Source: Oscillospiraceae bacterium
Lineage (GTDB): Bacteria > Bacillota > Clostridia > Saccharofermentanales > Fastidiosipilaceae
DNA length: 64,000 nucleotides
Reading direction: 5' to 3'
NCBI GenBank assembly: GCA_040766665.1
Contig: JAXGQD010000006.1
Span: 83,093 to 147,092 of the forward strand
This document shows, piece after piece, positions 27,970 through 37,150 of the stretch. The notes beneath the pieces were generated by a model. The model ran no database searches, was not told the origin of the DNA, and worked only from the letters and a program-made list of their open reading frames with translations. The position numbers and the translations under genes are program-made. Positions within the stretch are counted from its first letter, which is position 1. Each line of letters starts with the position of its first letter.

Positions 27970-30045
27970 ATGAAAAATTATCCCACTACGCAGATTCGTA
28001 ACGTCGCCATTCTCGGCCACAGCGGATCAGGGAAGACATCTTTTGCCGAGGCTTTGCTTTACAATGCAAAGGCAATTGATCGCTTGGGCAAGGTCAACGA
28101 TGGCAATACCACGATGGACTTTGACAGTGAGGAAACCAAACGTAAGATTTCGATCAACACCTCTATGGCTGCCTTCGATTGGCAGGGTACCAAGGTTAAT
28201 CTCTTGGATACACCGGGTGATTTTGACTTTATGGGCGAAGTAGTCGAGGCTTTGCGCGTTGCTGACAGCAGCATGATTATCCTCTCGGCAAAAGACGGCA
28301 TGTCTGTCGGTGCGGAAAAATCAATCCGTTACTGCAACGGCCGCGACATTCCTTATATTTTCGTGATTAATAAATTGGATGAGGCGCACACGGACTTCAA
28401 CAAAGCCCTGCAGGAAATCCAAGAGTATGCCGGTGATGCAGTCATTCCTTTTATGCTGCCTACGGTTGAGAACGAGAAAATTACTTCCTTCATCGATGTG
28501 GTGAAGAAAGAAGCATATAAAGTAACCGCGAACGGCAACGCCGAGAAAATGGCTTTCCCGGCAGAGCGCGAAGATGAAGTGCAAGAGATTCTGGATGTCT
28601 TAAAAGAAAGAGTCGCGGAATCCTCTGAAGAACTGATGGAAAAATTCTTCGCCGATGAGCCCTTCACTGATGAAGAGTTCAAGAACGGTTTGAAAGCAGC
28701 GATTCGCCAAGGTTTGGTGAAACCTGTTTATGGCTGTTCCGCTACGAACAATGACGCGATGCAGTTCGTCATCAGCTCCGCCCTCGAGCATCTGCCCTCA
28801 CCGGCAGAAGCACCCGCTCGTGACGCGACTTTGGCGGACGGCACGAAATTGGAACTGAAACCGAATGCGAACGATCCTTTTGCCGCTCAGGTCTTTAAGA
28901 CCATCGTTGACCCCTTTGTGGGACGTATTTCGCTTTTCCGTGTCTACTCCGGCACCATCAAAGCGGGCGACACCATTTTTAACAGCAACCGCGATAAAGA
29001 AGAGCGTGTCAACGGTTTGTCGGTGATGGTGGGTAAAAAATCCCAGCCGGCGGACAGCATCGTTGCGGGTGACCTCGGCGCCATGACCAAACTTCAGGTG
29101 ACGATGACGGGCGATACCTTATGTAAAAAGGATCATCCGATTTTCCTGAGACGCATTGAGTTCCCGGTGCCCAGCTTTGAACAGGCGATTTTACCGGTGA
29201 ACAAAGGTGAGGAAGACAAGATCATGTCCGGCCTCAACCGCCTGCGTGACGAGGACCCGACCTTTGATATCGTGAACAATGCGGAGACCAAGCAAATGGT
29301 CATTTCCGGTCTGGGTGCTCAACACATTGACGTTTTACGTTCGAAATTGCTTTCGAAGTACAAAGTGGATTCCGTTCTGGAAGACCCGCGCGTACCTTAT
29401 CGCGAAGCCATCCGTAAAAAAGTAAAAGTCCAGGGCAAACATAAGAAGCAATCCGGCGGCCATGGCCAGTATGGTGACGTGTGGGTTGAATTCGAACCGG
29501 GCGAGACCGAAGCCCTGACCTTTGAACAGAAGATTTTCGGTGGCTCCGTGCCCAAAGCCTACCACCCGGCCGTTGAAAAGGGCCTTTTAGAAGCCGTTGA
29601 GAAGGGTACACTGGCTGGTTATCCGGTGGTGAACCTCAAAGCGACACTTGTAGACGGTTCATATCACGACGTTGACTCGTCGGAGATGGCCTTTAAACTG
29701 GCGGCGCACGTCGCGTTTAAAGCGGGTATCCCGCAGGCTAGCCCGATGATTCTTGAACCGATTAGCGAAGTCAAGATCTATGTGCCTAATGCTTTATTGG
29801 GTGATGTCATGAGTGACGTTAACCAGAGACGTGGCCGCATCCTCAATATCGAGGCAAAAGCCGAAGTGCAAATGGTCTTAGCTGAAATTCCGACTTCTGA
29901 AATGGCTTCCTATGCCACAGATCTGCGTTCCATGACCCAGGGTCGCGGCTGGTACAGCATCAAGTTTGCGCGTTACGAGCAGGCACCCCAGATTGTTCAG
30001 GACAAGGTGATTGCAGACGCTAAAGCGAAGGCTGAAGAGGAGTAA
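27970..30045 (+). CDS. Elongation factor G paralog (EF-G2-like translational GTPase)
   Basis: 692 aa. G1 GHSGSGKT, G3 DTPG, and EF-G domain IV/V-like C-terminus. I trimmed the start to ATG at 27970. Confidence 0.85.
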   Translation: MKNYPTTQIRNVAILGHSGSGKTSFAEALLYNAKAIDRLGKVNDGNTTMDFDSEETKRKISINTSMAAFDWQGTKVNLLDTPGDFDFMGEVVEALRVADSSMIILSAKDGMSVGAEKSIRYCNGRDIPYIFVINKLDEAHTDFNKALQEIQEYAGDAVIPFMLPTVENEKITSFIDVVKKEAYKVTANGNAEKMAFPAEREDEVQEILDVLKERVAESSEELMEKFFADEPFTDEEFKNGLKAAIRQGLVKPVYGCSATNNDAMQFVISSALEHLPSPAEAPARDATLADGTKLELKPNANDPFAAQVFKTIVDPFVGRISLFRVYSGTIKAGDTIFNSNRDKEERVNGLSVMVGKKSQPADSIVAGDLGAMTKLQVTMTGDTLCKKDHPIFLRRIEFPVPSFEQAILPVNKGEEDKIMSGLNRLRDEDPTFDIVNNAETKQMVISGLGAQHIDVLRSKLLSKYKVDSVLEDPRVPYREAIRKKVKVQGKHKKQSGGHGQYGDVWVEFEPGETEALTFEQKIFGGSVPKAYHPAVEKGLLEAVEKGTLAGYPVVNLKATLVDGSYHDVDSSEMAFKLAAHVAFKAGIPQASPMILEPISEVKIYVPNALLGDVMSDVNQRRGRILNIEAKAEVQMVLAEIPTSEMASYATDLRSMTQGRGWYSIKFARYEQAPQIVQDKVIADAKAKAEEE

Positions 30046-30051
30046 GTCAAA

Positions 30052-31053
30052 ATGTGCCCGAATTCTGAAGAACGGCAACAGCAAGGCTACGTCAACATCA
30101 TTCGTAAAGGGGTCAACAAGGTCATTAAAACCGATGACGGTTATCATGTTGACGACGAATACGAAAAATTGTCGTCGCTGGAAAAGATGCAGCTGATCAT
30201 GACGGAGGGGGCGGCGGATTTGCATATCCACACCAACGCCTCTGACGGCTTTGACAGCCCTCCGTCCGTGTTGAAGCTGGTCATGCAGTTGGGCTTGAAG
30301 ACCTTTTCCATTACGGATCACGACACGCTCTGGGGCGTCAAGGATGTACAGATGATTCTTGACAAGCTGAGACAGATGCGCGTGAAGAATCTGCCGCGGT
30401 TTTTGCCCGGAGTGGAGTTGTCTGTTGAAATGGACGGTCAAGAACTACACCTATTGGCTTACTTTCCGAGCGGCGGCCAGCAAAAGATTCAGGCTTTTCT
30501 GGACAAGTCCAAACAGGAACGCATCGTACGCAACAAGCTACTCTGTGACCGTCTGACCGAGTTGGGTTTCCCGATTTCATACGATGAACTGAACAAAGAG
30601 GGTGGCCAGGTGCTGGGGCGAGTGCATGTAGCCACCGTGATGGCGCGTCGTGGCTTTGTCAGCAACATTGACGCCGCTTTTGAACAGTATCTGGGTGAGG
30701 GTAAACCGGCCTTTATTGACCGCAACCACCCGAAGATTGAAGACGGCATCAAGGCAACGATTGCGGCAGGCGGCATTCCTGTTCTGGCGCATCCGGCCTT
30801 ATACGATTGGCTGAATGGGGCAAACGCACGCAAAGACACCTTGGCGAAACTGAAACGTCTGAAAGCCATGGGTTTGGTCGGTGTCGAAGTGATACACGGC
30901 GAAACCAGCCTGCAGCAGTCACAGCTGCTTTCGGAACTTACCAAAGAGCTGGGCCTTTTGCGCACCATCGGCAGCGACTATCATGGCAGCAATAAAACGG
31001 ACGTCAAACTCTATCGCGCCACTGATAACTTTTCGGAGTATTTGTTGGCCTAG
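30052..31053 (+). CDS. PHP-domain phosphoesterase (TrpH/YciV-like)
   Basis: DLHIHTNASDG PHP motif. The start is uncertain: 30052 has a GAGGAG RBS but gives an N-terminal extension of about 50 aa; 30187 is the alternative. Confidence 0.7.
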   Translation: MCPNSEERQQQGYVNIIRKGVNKVIKTDDGYHVDDEYEKLSSLEKMQLIMTEGAADLHIHTNASDGFDSPPSVLKLVMQLGLKTFSITDHDTLWGVKDVQMILDKLRQMRVKNLPRFLPGVELSVEMDGQELHLLAYFPSGGQQKIQAFLDKSKQERIVRNKLLCDRLTELGFPISYDELNKEGGQVLGRVHVATVMARRGFVSNIDAAFEQYLGEGKPAFIDRNHPKIEDGIKATIAAGGIPVLAHPALYDWLNGANARKDTLAKLKRLKAMGLVGVEVIHGETSLQQSQLLSELTKELGLLRTIGSDYHGSNKTDVKLYRATDNFSEYLLA

Positions 31054-31097
31054 TTTGCAAGGATGTCTACAGTTATCGTAGCAGAATAAGCTATACT

Positions 31098-31129
31098 GAA
31101 ACCGGCAGGCAACTGACCGGTTTCTTTTT
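31098..31129 (+). terminator. Rho-independent terminator
   Basis: GAAACCGG (31098-31105) pairs with CCGGTTTC (31117-31124), followed by TTTTT. Confidence 0.75.
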
Positions 31130-31196
31130 CGACTTATAACGGTGTTTTAGACAATGGCAAAACACTCCCCCAATCGCCACAATAGGAGGTCACCAC

Positions 31197-32171
31197 ATGA
31201 GTACAGCACAAAAAATATCATTTCAGACTCTAGGAACAACAGACATAGAGGTCCCGCGCATCGTACACGGGCTGATGCGGCTGGGTAAACAGACGGAAGC
31301 GGATGCGACGGCGATTCTGAAAAACAGCTTAGACCTGGGCATCAGTTTTTTTGACCACGCCGATATCTATTGTGCGGGGGAGTCGGAGCGGCTTTTTGCC
31401 AAAGTGATGAAGAAGCTGGGCGTCAAGCGTGAAGACCTGATTCTGCAGAGCAAATGCTCGATTGCTAACCAGCCTGAGCAAGGGCCTAACCTATCCTACA
31501 ATCAGTCCTATGATTACATCATGAAAGCTGTGGACGGCATCTTGGCGCGGCTCGAGACGGACTACCTCGATATTCTGCTTTTACACCGTCCGGACACACT
31601 GGTTGAGCCGGAAGAAGTGGCGCGCGCTTTTGATTAGTTGGAAGAATCGGGCAAAGTCCGCCATTTCGGAGTCAGCAACTATAATCCTCTCCAAATCGAA
31701 CTTTTGAAAACCGCGGTGCGTCAGCCGTTATTGGCCAACCAACTGCAGTTCGGTCCGGCTCATGCCGACATGGTGACCGCCGGTCTCAACGTCAACATCC
31801 GCTCGGACGAAGGTAATTCCAGAGACAATGGCATTTTGGAATACAGTCGTATTCATAAGATGACGATTCAAGCCTGGTCGCCTCTGCAGTACGGTATGAT
31901 CGAAGGAGCCTTCATGCAACCTGATGATGCAGCGGTAACGGCTGAACTGAATCCCCTGAATAAAGCATTGGCGGATTTGGCCGAACAGTATGGAGTCAGT
32001 AGCGAGGCGATTGCCATTGCCTGGATATTACGGCACCCGGCACAGATTCAGGCGGTCGTCGGTTCCATGAACGTAGAGCGCATGCGCCGCATTGTGGATA
32101 GTTGCGCGATTGAGCTGAGCCGCCCGGAGTGGTACGGCATTTATATGGCGGCGGGAAACACGCTGCCCTGA
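31197..32171 (+). pseudogene. Aldo/keto reductase interrupted by an in-frame TAG
   Basis: Two ORF-track pieces lie in the same frame, separated only by TAG at 31635-31637 (..EEVARAFD*LEESGKVRHFGVSNYN..). The AKR motifs are continuous across the stop. Confidence 0.8.
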
Positions 32172-32236
32172 GTGAGGGGAAGGGAGCGCCGTGTCGCGTC
32201 GCGCCGCGGCGCGCCGCGGCTGCATTTCGGCATTGA

Positions 32237-32330
32237 CTGCGACAGCGCTCGCTGCCGAAACGTCGCAATACCCGCCAATGGCCGCGACACTGCTCAAATC
32301 TGTCGCAATGCTTGGGCGGCTGCGACTCCG
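32237..32330. repeat. REP-like GC-rich hairpin units (2-3 copies)
   Basis: Units of the form GTCGC-N13-15-GCGAC(T/A)C(C/T)G, for example TGTCGCAATGCTTGGGCGGCTGCGACTCCG at 32301-32330. Near-identical copies occur at 43.4, 43.8 and 62.0 kb. Confidence 0.75.
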
Positions 32331-32346
32331 GTATGAATCTGGTGAC

Positions 32347-32546
32347 ATTATTTTCGATAATCCAAGATTACTCCGGTCTCGAGCGTGATTGGTCAAGTGA
32401 TTTGGCTAATATACCGTCACTTTTTTCGATAGTCCAAGTTAGCATGTGGTAACAAATTGGATTAACGTAAAATCTGTCCCCAAAATCCGCTTTTTATAAG
32501 AATTTTACCTCTAAATTAAGCCCACACTTGGATTATCGAAAATTTT
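32347..32546. repeat. ~200-bp long-palindromic intergenic element, flavour B, copy 1
   Basis: Outer inverted repeats TTTTCGATAATCCAAG (32351-32366) and CTTGGATTATCGAAAA (32527-32542). Inner pair TTTTTTCGATAGTCCAAG (32421-32438) and TTGGATTAACGTAAAA (32457-32472). The symmetry centre is near 32447. Confidence 0.8.
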
Positions 32547-32624
32547 GCAACTCTTCCACAAAGAGCGGAGCGGAGCGCGTCTAATCAAAGAGTTTTTCAA
32601 CTCGACGACGCGCGCATTGAAATT

Positions 32625-32655
32625 CGTCGCCACCCTGCCTTTGATGCGACTCCAC
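32625..32655. repeat. REP-like GC-rich hairpin unit
   Basis: CGTCGCCACCCTGCCTTTGATGCGACTCCAC. It is flanked by GCGGAGCGCGTC motifs that resemble reverse-oriented unit ends. Confidence 0.55.
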
Positions 32656-32716
32656 TAAGCGGAGCGCGTCAGTCACCCACCGCAGGACGCGCGATTTTGA
32701 TCCCATCGTAGCCCGC

Positions 32717-34873
32717 TCAGTCCACTAAATACGGACGCAGGTCATAAACCGCGATTCCTTCACGGTCCTTAAACTCAATCAACAAAGGGAAATGACGGAT
32801 AAAAAAGTCTTCGTCCAAGTGCGGACTATTAATGCGCATATCGTTGTCTATCAGCGCATAGGCGATGCGGTCCCGGTTAATTAATTCCACAAAACTCGCC
32901 AGATCGCCGCCAAATCCGCCCAGCAAAGAAAAATACTCCTGCTCGCGTTGCACGGAATTGTAACCTGCAGACCAGGCATAGTACGGATAGGCGTACCAGG
33001 ACTGACGCCCCGTATAAAAAAAGCTGTTGTAAAACCAAGTCGGGGTGAGAAAAATCGCGCGTTCATCTGTGTTTTCTTCCAACCATGCCACCAACGCTGT
33101 TTGGGTGTCCAGGGCATAGGGCTCACGGTTCTTATTGATGTAAGGGAAGAGATCCAATATACCGCTGAACATCAAAAAGAAGCCTAATAAAAAAGCAAGA
33201 GCCCGGCCACCAAAGCGCTGCCATGCAGCAGCCCATTTGTTATCCGACCATAGCCTGATCAGACAGGCGACCAGCGGTAAGCAGAGCAGAAGGCGCGTCA
33301 TGATGATGTATTTGTGATTGACGTTGATATCAGGCGTAAGACTGACACTTAAAGCGAAAACCAAAGGCAAAACAGCAGCAATGCAAAGGCTGCGCCGAAC
33401 ACGTCCGCGCATGACAAAGGGCAAGAAAAAGAGGACCGGGAAGCTCGGACCGAGAAGCACCAGGAGATATTGCAGCATACCCCAAAAACTTTTATCTTCA
33501 CTCAGAAAACCAAACTGGAAACGAAAGCTCACGACCTTATCGGCACCACCGGCAAAGAGGCCGCTGTAGAAGAGACTGGCAAAAAGGGCGCTGCAGGCGG
33601 CCAAAAGATAGAGCAGTTTACTTCTCGCTGGAAATGCCAGTGCGAAGAGCAAGAGCAACAGTCCTATGGTGACGGCACCGTGCCAATAAGGCAGGCAGAT
33701 CAAAATCAGCGCCGCTGCAAAAAAATGCTTCCAGAGACAGCGATTTTCAGGCAACCAGGCCGTTTTACTGAACCAGCGACTTTGCCAATAGTTTTGCATA
33801 GCAGGCTTGCCATCTGCTTTGCCAAAACTCCCTTGCAGCGTGGGCAGAAAGATGATGACGACAACCAGAGCAGCGGCAAAAGCAAAGAGTAAGTGGCGCT
33901 GATTGGCGTAGACGTTCATGTTCCAGAGCCCCCAGGCGTCGTTCATCTGCCCGCCGATGAAGTTTTTGTTCGCGAAGATTTGGCTGAGGAGGCTTTTGCC
34001 TTGATACACTTTCTTCAGCAAAGCATCACCCAAAAAGTTAATCCAGGCAAAAGAACTCTGAAAATAGAGTAAAGGCTGAATCCAGAACAAAGCTGTTTTG
34101 TTTTTACTAAAGTAAACAGCCAGGACGCCCATCAACATGGAGAAGGCCAGCAGGCCCAGCGCCGAAGCGAGATTCAGAGCAGCGGTGAGGCTCAGACCGA
34201 GGGCGTGCAGGGTGGCGCAAAAGAAAAAGAAAAAGAAGTGGTAGCGCATGCCTGCGCCGCTATAGACCGGGTAGTCCGTCGGCGCATAATTATCACCGCG
34301 CACAAAAGAGGAGATATTGGCCAGGTGCGGACCGTAGTCACTGACGACCGAGCTGCCTGAATAGATGACACCCTCCTTCATGTAGAAAACGTAATAAAAG
34401 AGCAGGTAAACGCTCAGTAGAATAAAGATCCAGAAGGCAAAAACATACCACTTCTTCTTCAAAGTAATAGGATTAATCGCTGCCATAAAGCGACTTCGTA
34501 GATTTAGCACCCATTGTTTTATCTGCGCAATGTGAAAGCTCTGCAGCGTGCGCTGCTCCATCCAGGCAAGCAAAGCCAAAATAAGCAATGTGCTAAGCGC
34601 TATCCCCGCCAGCAAACTGCTGCCCATAAGACCCAAGCGGAAGTGACTGAAGGCACTGGTGATAAAAAACAAAAGGCTGCTTGCGGGAATAATACCCAAA
34701 ACGATGGCAAAAGGCAGCTCCAAAAAATAGGCGGGGACATCTCTATCTATTAAAGAGCCCGTTGCGGCTCGTTTTCTTCTACCTCCCAAAAGAACAGACG
34801 CAGCAGGAAGGAGCTTTTTTCTGATGCGGTAGCCCAGGAGGAGGAGTAAACATAGCCAAAGTAAGGCTATCAT
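32717..34873 (-). CDS. Large polytopic membrane protein, putative GT-C-type (ArnT/PMT/YfhO-like) glycosyltransferase
   Basis: 718 aa with more than 12 predicted hydrophobic helices. Its start overlaps the stop of the upstream polyprenol-phosphate GT2 gene. The family assignment comes from context and architecture only. Confidence 0.45.
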   Translation of the reverse strand: MIALLWLCLLLLLGYRIRKKLLPAASVLLGGRRKRAATGSLIDRDVPAYFLELPFAIVLGIIPASSLLFFITSAFSHFRLGLMGSSLLAGIALSTLLILALLAWMEQRTLQSFHIAQIKQWVLNLRSRFMAAINPITLKKKWYVFAFWIFILLSVYLLFYYVFYMKEGVIYSGSSVVSDYGPHLANISSFVRGDNYAPTDYPVYSGAGMRYHFFFFFFCATLHALGLSLTAALNLASALGLLAFSMLMGVLAVYFSKNKTALFWIQPLLYFQSSFAWINFLGDALLKKVYQGKSLLSQIFANKNFIGGQMNDAWGLWNMNVYANQRHLLFAFAAALVVVIIFLPTLQGSFGKADGKPAMQNYWQSRWFSKTAWLPENRCLWKHFFAAALILICLPYWHGAVTIGLLLLLFALAFPARSKLLYLLAACSALFASLFYSGLFAGGADKVVSFRFQFGFLSEDKSFWGMLQYLLVLLGPSFPVLFFLPFVMRGRVRRSLCIAAVLPLVFALSVSLTPDINVNHKYIIMTRLLLCLPLVACLIRLWSDNKWAAAWQRFGGRALAFLLGFFLMFSGILDLFPYINKNREPYALDTQTALVAWLEENTDERAIFLTPTWFYNSFFYTGRQSWYAYPYYAWSAGYNSVQREQEYFSLLGGFGGDLASFVELINRDRIAYALIDNDMRINSPHLDEDFFIRHFPLLIEFKDREGIAVYDLRPYLVD

Positions 34874-35847
34874 GGAGCGCTGTCACTCTTTTGCCGCTTG
34901 GCTTCATGAGCCAGAGCTGCCGGTGTTTGCGGTAATTGCTGGCTGAGCAAATAGCGCGGCCTGTCTTTGATCTCCATATAGATGCGCCCGACGTAACTGC
35001 CGATGAGGCCTAGCGCTAGCATAATGCTGCCCCCCACGATGAGAAGCAGCAGAATAACCGTGGTAAAACCGCTGGCCGCCTTATCAAGGAAAAAGTTGAC
35101 GATGGTCTGAATTCCCAGAATGAGGGCAAAAACCCAGAACAGCACACCCAGCCCGCTGACCAGGGCCAGTGGCGCAGAGGAGAAGGAGGTGATGGCTTGG
35201 GCGCTCAACCTAAAAAGTTGCTTGGGTGACCATTTGGAAACACCGGCCGTGCGCTCGTCTACTTCGAAAAGCAGCGGTGTGCGCTTGAAGCCAATCCAGG
35301 CTGAAAGGCCGCGGAAAAAAGTATTGCGTTCGTTACATGAGTTGAACGCATCAATGGCTTTGCGGTCGAGCAATTTGAAGTCGGAGGCGTTTTGCAGATC
35401 CAGATGGCTCAGTTTTTTGAAGACTCGATAGAAAAGTTTCGCGGAGAGTCGGCCGAGGAAGCTTTCCTTTTGCCGTTCTAACTTTACGCCGTCAACAATG
35501 TCCCAGCCTTCTTCGCGCCAGAGTCTGACCATTTCCGGTATGTAACGGGGTGGATGTTGTAAGTCGCCGTCCATTAAAACGGCGCAGTCCCCTGTGGCGT
35601 GCTCAAGCAGTGCGCAGACGGCAGCTTCTTTACCAAAATTGCGCGAGAAGCGCAGTGCGCGGAGTTTGGGATAGCGAACTTGCTCTGCTGCAATCACATC
35701 CCAGGTTTTATCCCTGGAACCGTCATCCACGACCAAGATTTCATAATCACAATCGACAATTGTTGACAATATTCCGTCAACTGTGGCAATGGTCAGCGCA
35801 GCTTGCTCTTCTTCATTATAAAAAGGTATTAATACCGATAATTTCAT
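34870..35847 (-). CDS. GT2 polyprenol-phosphate glycosyltransferase (GtrB/CsbB/ArnC-like)
   Basis: LSVLIPFYNEEE, VVDDGSRD and DGDLQHPP motifs, plus two C-terminal TM helices. Confidence 0.8.
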   Translation of the reverse strand: MKLSVLIPFYNEEEQAALTIATVDGILSTIVDCDYEILVVDDGSRDKTWDVIAAEQVRYPKLRALRFSRNFGKEAAVCALLEHATGDCAVLMDGDLQHPPRYIPEMVRLWREEGWDIVDGVKLERQKESFLGRLSAKLFYRVFKKLSHLDLQNASDFKLLDRKAIDAFNSCNERNTFFRGLSAWIGFKRTPLLFEVDERTAGVSKWSPKQLFRLSAQAITSFSSAPLALVSGLGVLFWVFALILGIQTIVNFFLDKAASGFTTVILLLLIVGGSIMLALGLIGSYVGRIYMEIKDRPRYLLSQQLPQTPAALAHEAKRQKSDSAP

Positions 35848-35989
35848 GCTTTACTCCCGAAGAATATGGCTACTGAAAGCAGTCTAAACTGCAATGATTT
35901 TACCATAGGCAGAGATTCACTTGGCAAAATGTTAAGAAAAAGCCAGCGCACCTCCGCTTTTTCGTACATTTCCATGACAAACGCTTCCC

Positions 35990-36039
35990 TTAAGGCTATT
36001 TAAAGTTGATTTAATATGCTCTTAACAATCTACTTCTAA
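35990..36039 (+). promoter_or_regulatory. Candidate Pho-box array upstream of pstS
   Basis: Direct hexamers TTAAGG (35990), TTAAAG (36000), TTAATA (36011), TTAACA (36022) and TTCTAA (36034) at 10-12 bp phasing. This resembles Bacillus-type PhoP TT(A/T/C)ACA repeats. A possible -10 TAAAAT lies at 36037-36042. Confidence 0.4.
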
Positions 36040-36116
36040 AATTCAGAAGTGTCGGGCAAAACAAATTGACCCGCTCGGCCAAAAATGAAAATACCCAAAT
36101 TTTGGAGGATTAAGAA

Positions 36117-37058
36117 ATGAAAAAAGTAATGGCAAGTGTTCTCGCATTAGTCATGGGCTTCGGCCTGATGGCTTGCGGTACAACGGAAGCAACGACAGCC
36201 GCCGCTACGACAGCCGCCGCGACAACAGCCGCCGCTACGACAGCCGCAGCCACCACTGCAGCAGCAGAATCGACGGCCGCCGCTGAAACGAGCGCAGCTG
36301 CCGAAACCAGCGCTGCCGCTTCTAACTTATCCGGTAAGCTGGTCTCATCCGGTTCCACATCAGTGCAACCCCTATTTGAAGTTTTAGGCGAAGCCTTTAT
36401 GGTTAAATACCCCGGTGTTACGGTTGAAGTTCAAGCCGGTGGTTCATCGACCGGTTTCTCTAACGTCGTAGGGCAAGTGACGGAAGTCGGTAACCTCTCC
36501 CGCGAACTGAAACCTGAAGAAGCAGAGACTCCTGATTTGCAGCAACACGTGCTGGCGATTGACGGTATTGCCGTAGTCATTAACCCCGCTAACGAGGTCA
36601 AAGACTTGAGCGTCGAGCAGATTGCCCAAATTTTTAAAGGCGAAATCACCAACTGGAGCGAAGTGGGCGGACAAGATCAAGCCATCCAAGTGGTCTCACG
36701 TGAAGCCGGTTCCGGTACACGTGGTGCATTTGAAGAAATTCTCGATATCGTTGACGAAGTCGCAGCTCAGCAAGAAGTGAACGAGACCGGTATCGTGAAA
36801 AACACAGTCGCCGGCAACCCTAACGCCATCGGTTACATCTCCCTGGGTTCCTTGGACGATACCGTGCATGCACTCGCAGTTGACGGTGTGACCCCTGAAG
36901 AAGCCACTGTGGCAGACGGTACATACAAAATCACCCGTCCCTTTATCGCCTGTAACCTCGGCCAGCCTTCAGAAATCTTCCAGGCATTCCTGGACTTCAC
37001 CTACAGCTCCGAAGGCGCCGCCATTGTTGCAGATAACGGTTTCTTCCCTGCTAAATAA
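36117..37058 (+). CDS. pstS: Phosphate ABC transporter substrate-binding lipoprotein
   Basis: Lipobox GLMACG, an Ala/Thr-rich linker, the SGSTSVQPL PstS motif, and pst operon context. Confidence 0.9.
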   Translation: MKKVMASVLALVMGFGLMACGTTEATTAAATTAAATTAAATTAAATTAAAESTAAAETSAAAETSAAASNLSGKLVSSGSTSVQPLFEVLGEAFMVKYPGVTVEVQAGGSSTGFSNVVGQVTEVGNLSRELKPEEAETPDLQQHVLAIDGIAVVINPANEVKDLSVEQIAQIFKGEITNWSEVGGQDQAIQVVSREAGSGTRGAFEEILDIVDEVAAQQEVNETGIVKNTVAGNPNAIGYISLGSLDDTVHALAVDGVTPEEATVADGTYKITRPFIACNLGQPSEIFQAFLDFTYSSEGAAIVADNGFFPAK

Positions 37059-37092
37059 GCCTGAGTAAAACTGCATTGCAATACGCATCTCC

Positions 37093-37124
37093 GATGCTCC
37101 TGTGCCCAAACGTACGGGAGCATC
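37093..37124 (+). other. Intercistronic hairpin between pstS and pstC
   Basis: GATGCTCC (37093-37100) pairs with GGAGCATC (37117-37124). No T-run follows, so a stabiliser or partial-terminator role is possible. Confidence 0.3.
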
Positions 37125-37150
37125 TCGAGCGTTTATGAGAGTGAAAAACT

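Noticed and set aside
29878-30441. 187-aa minus-strand ORF spanning the EF-G/PHP junction
   Set aside because: It is antisense to two well-supported genes and has no RBS.
31635-31637. In-frame TAG as a pyrrolysine or recoding signal (and TAA at 4785-4787 as stop-codon reassignment)
   Set aside because: No pyl genes or recoding elements are seen. All other genes in the window terminate normally at TAA, TAG or TGA. Nonsense mutation is the simpler explanation.
36180-36310. GC-rich tandem-looking repeats (also at 4480-4640 and 63340-63510) that might be taken for a VNTR, a CRISPR array or a satellite
   Set aside because: They are in frame inside lipoprotein genes and encode Ala/Thr/Glu-rich linkers just after the lipobox. 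They are low-complexity coding sequence.
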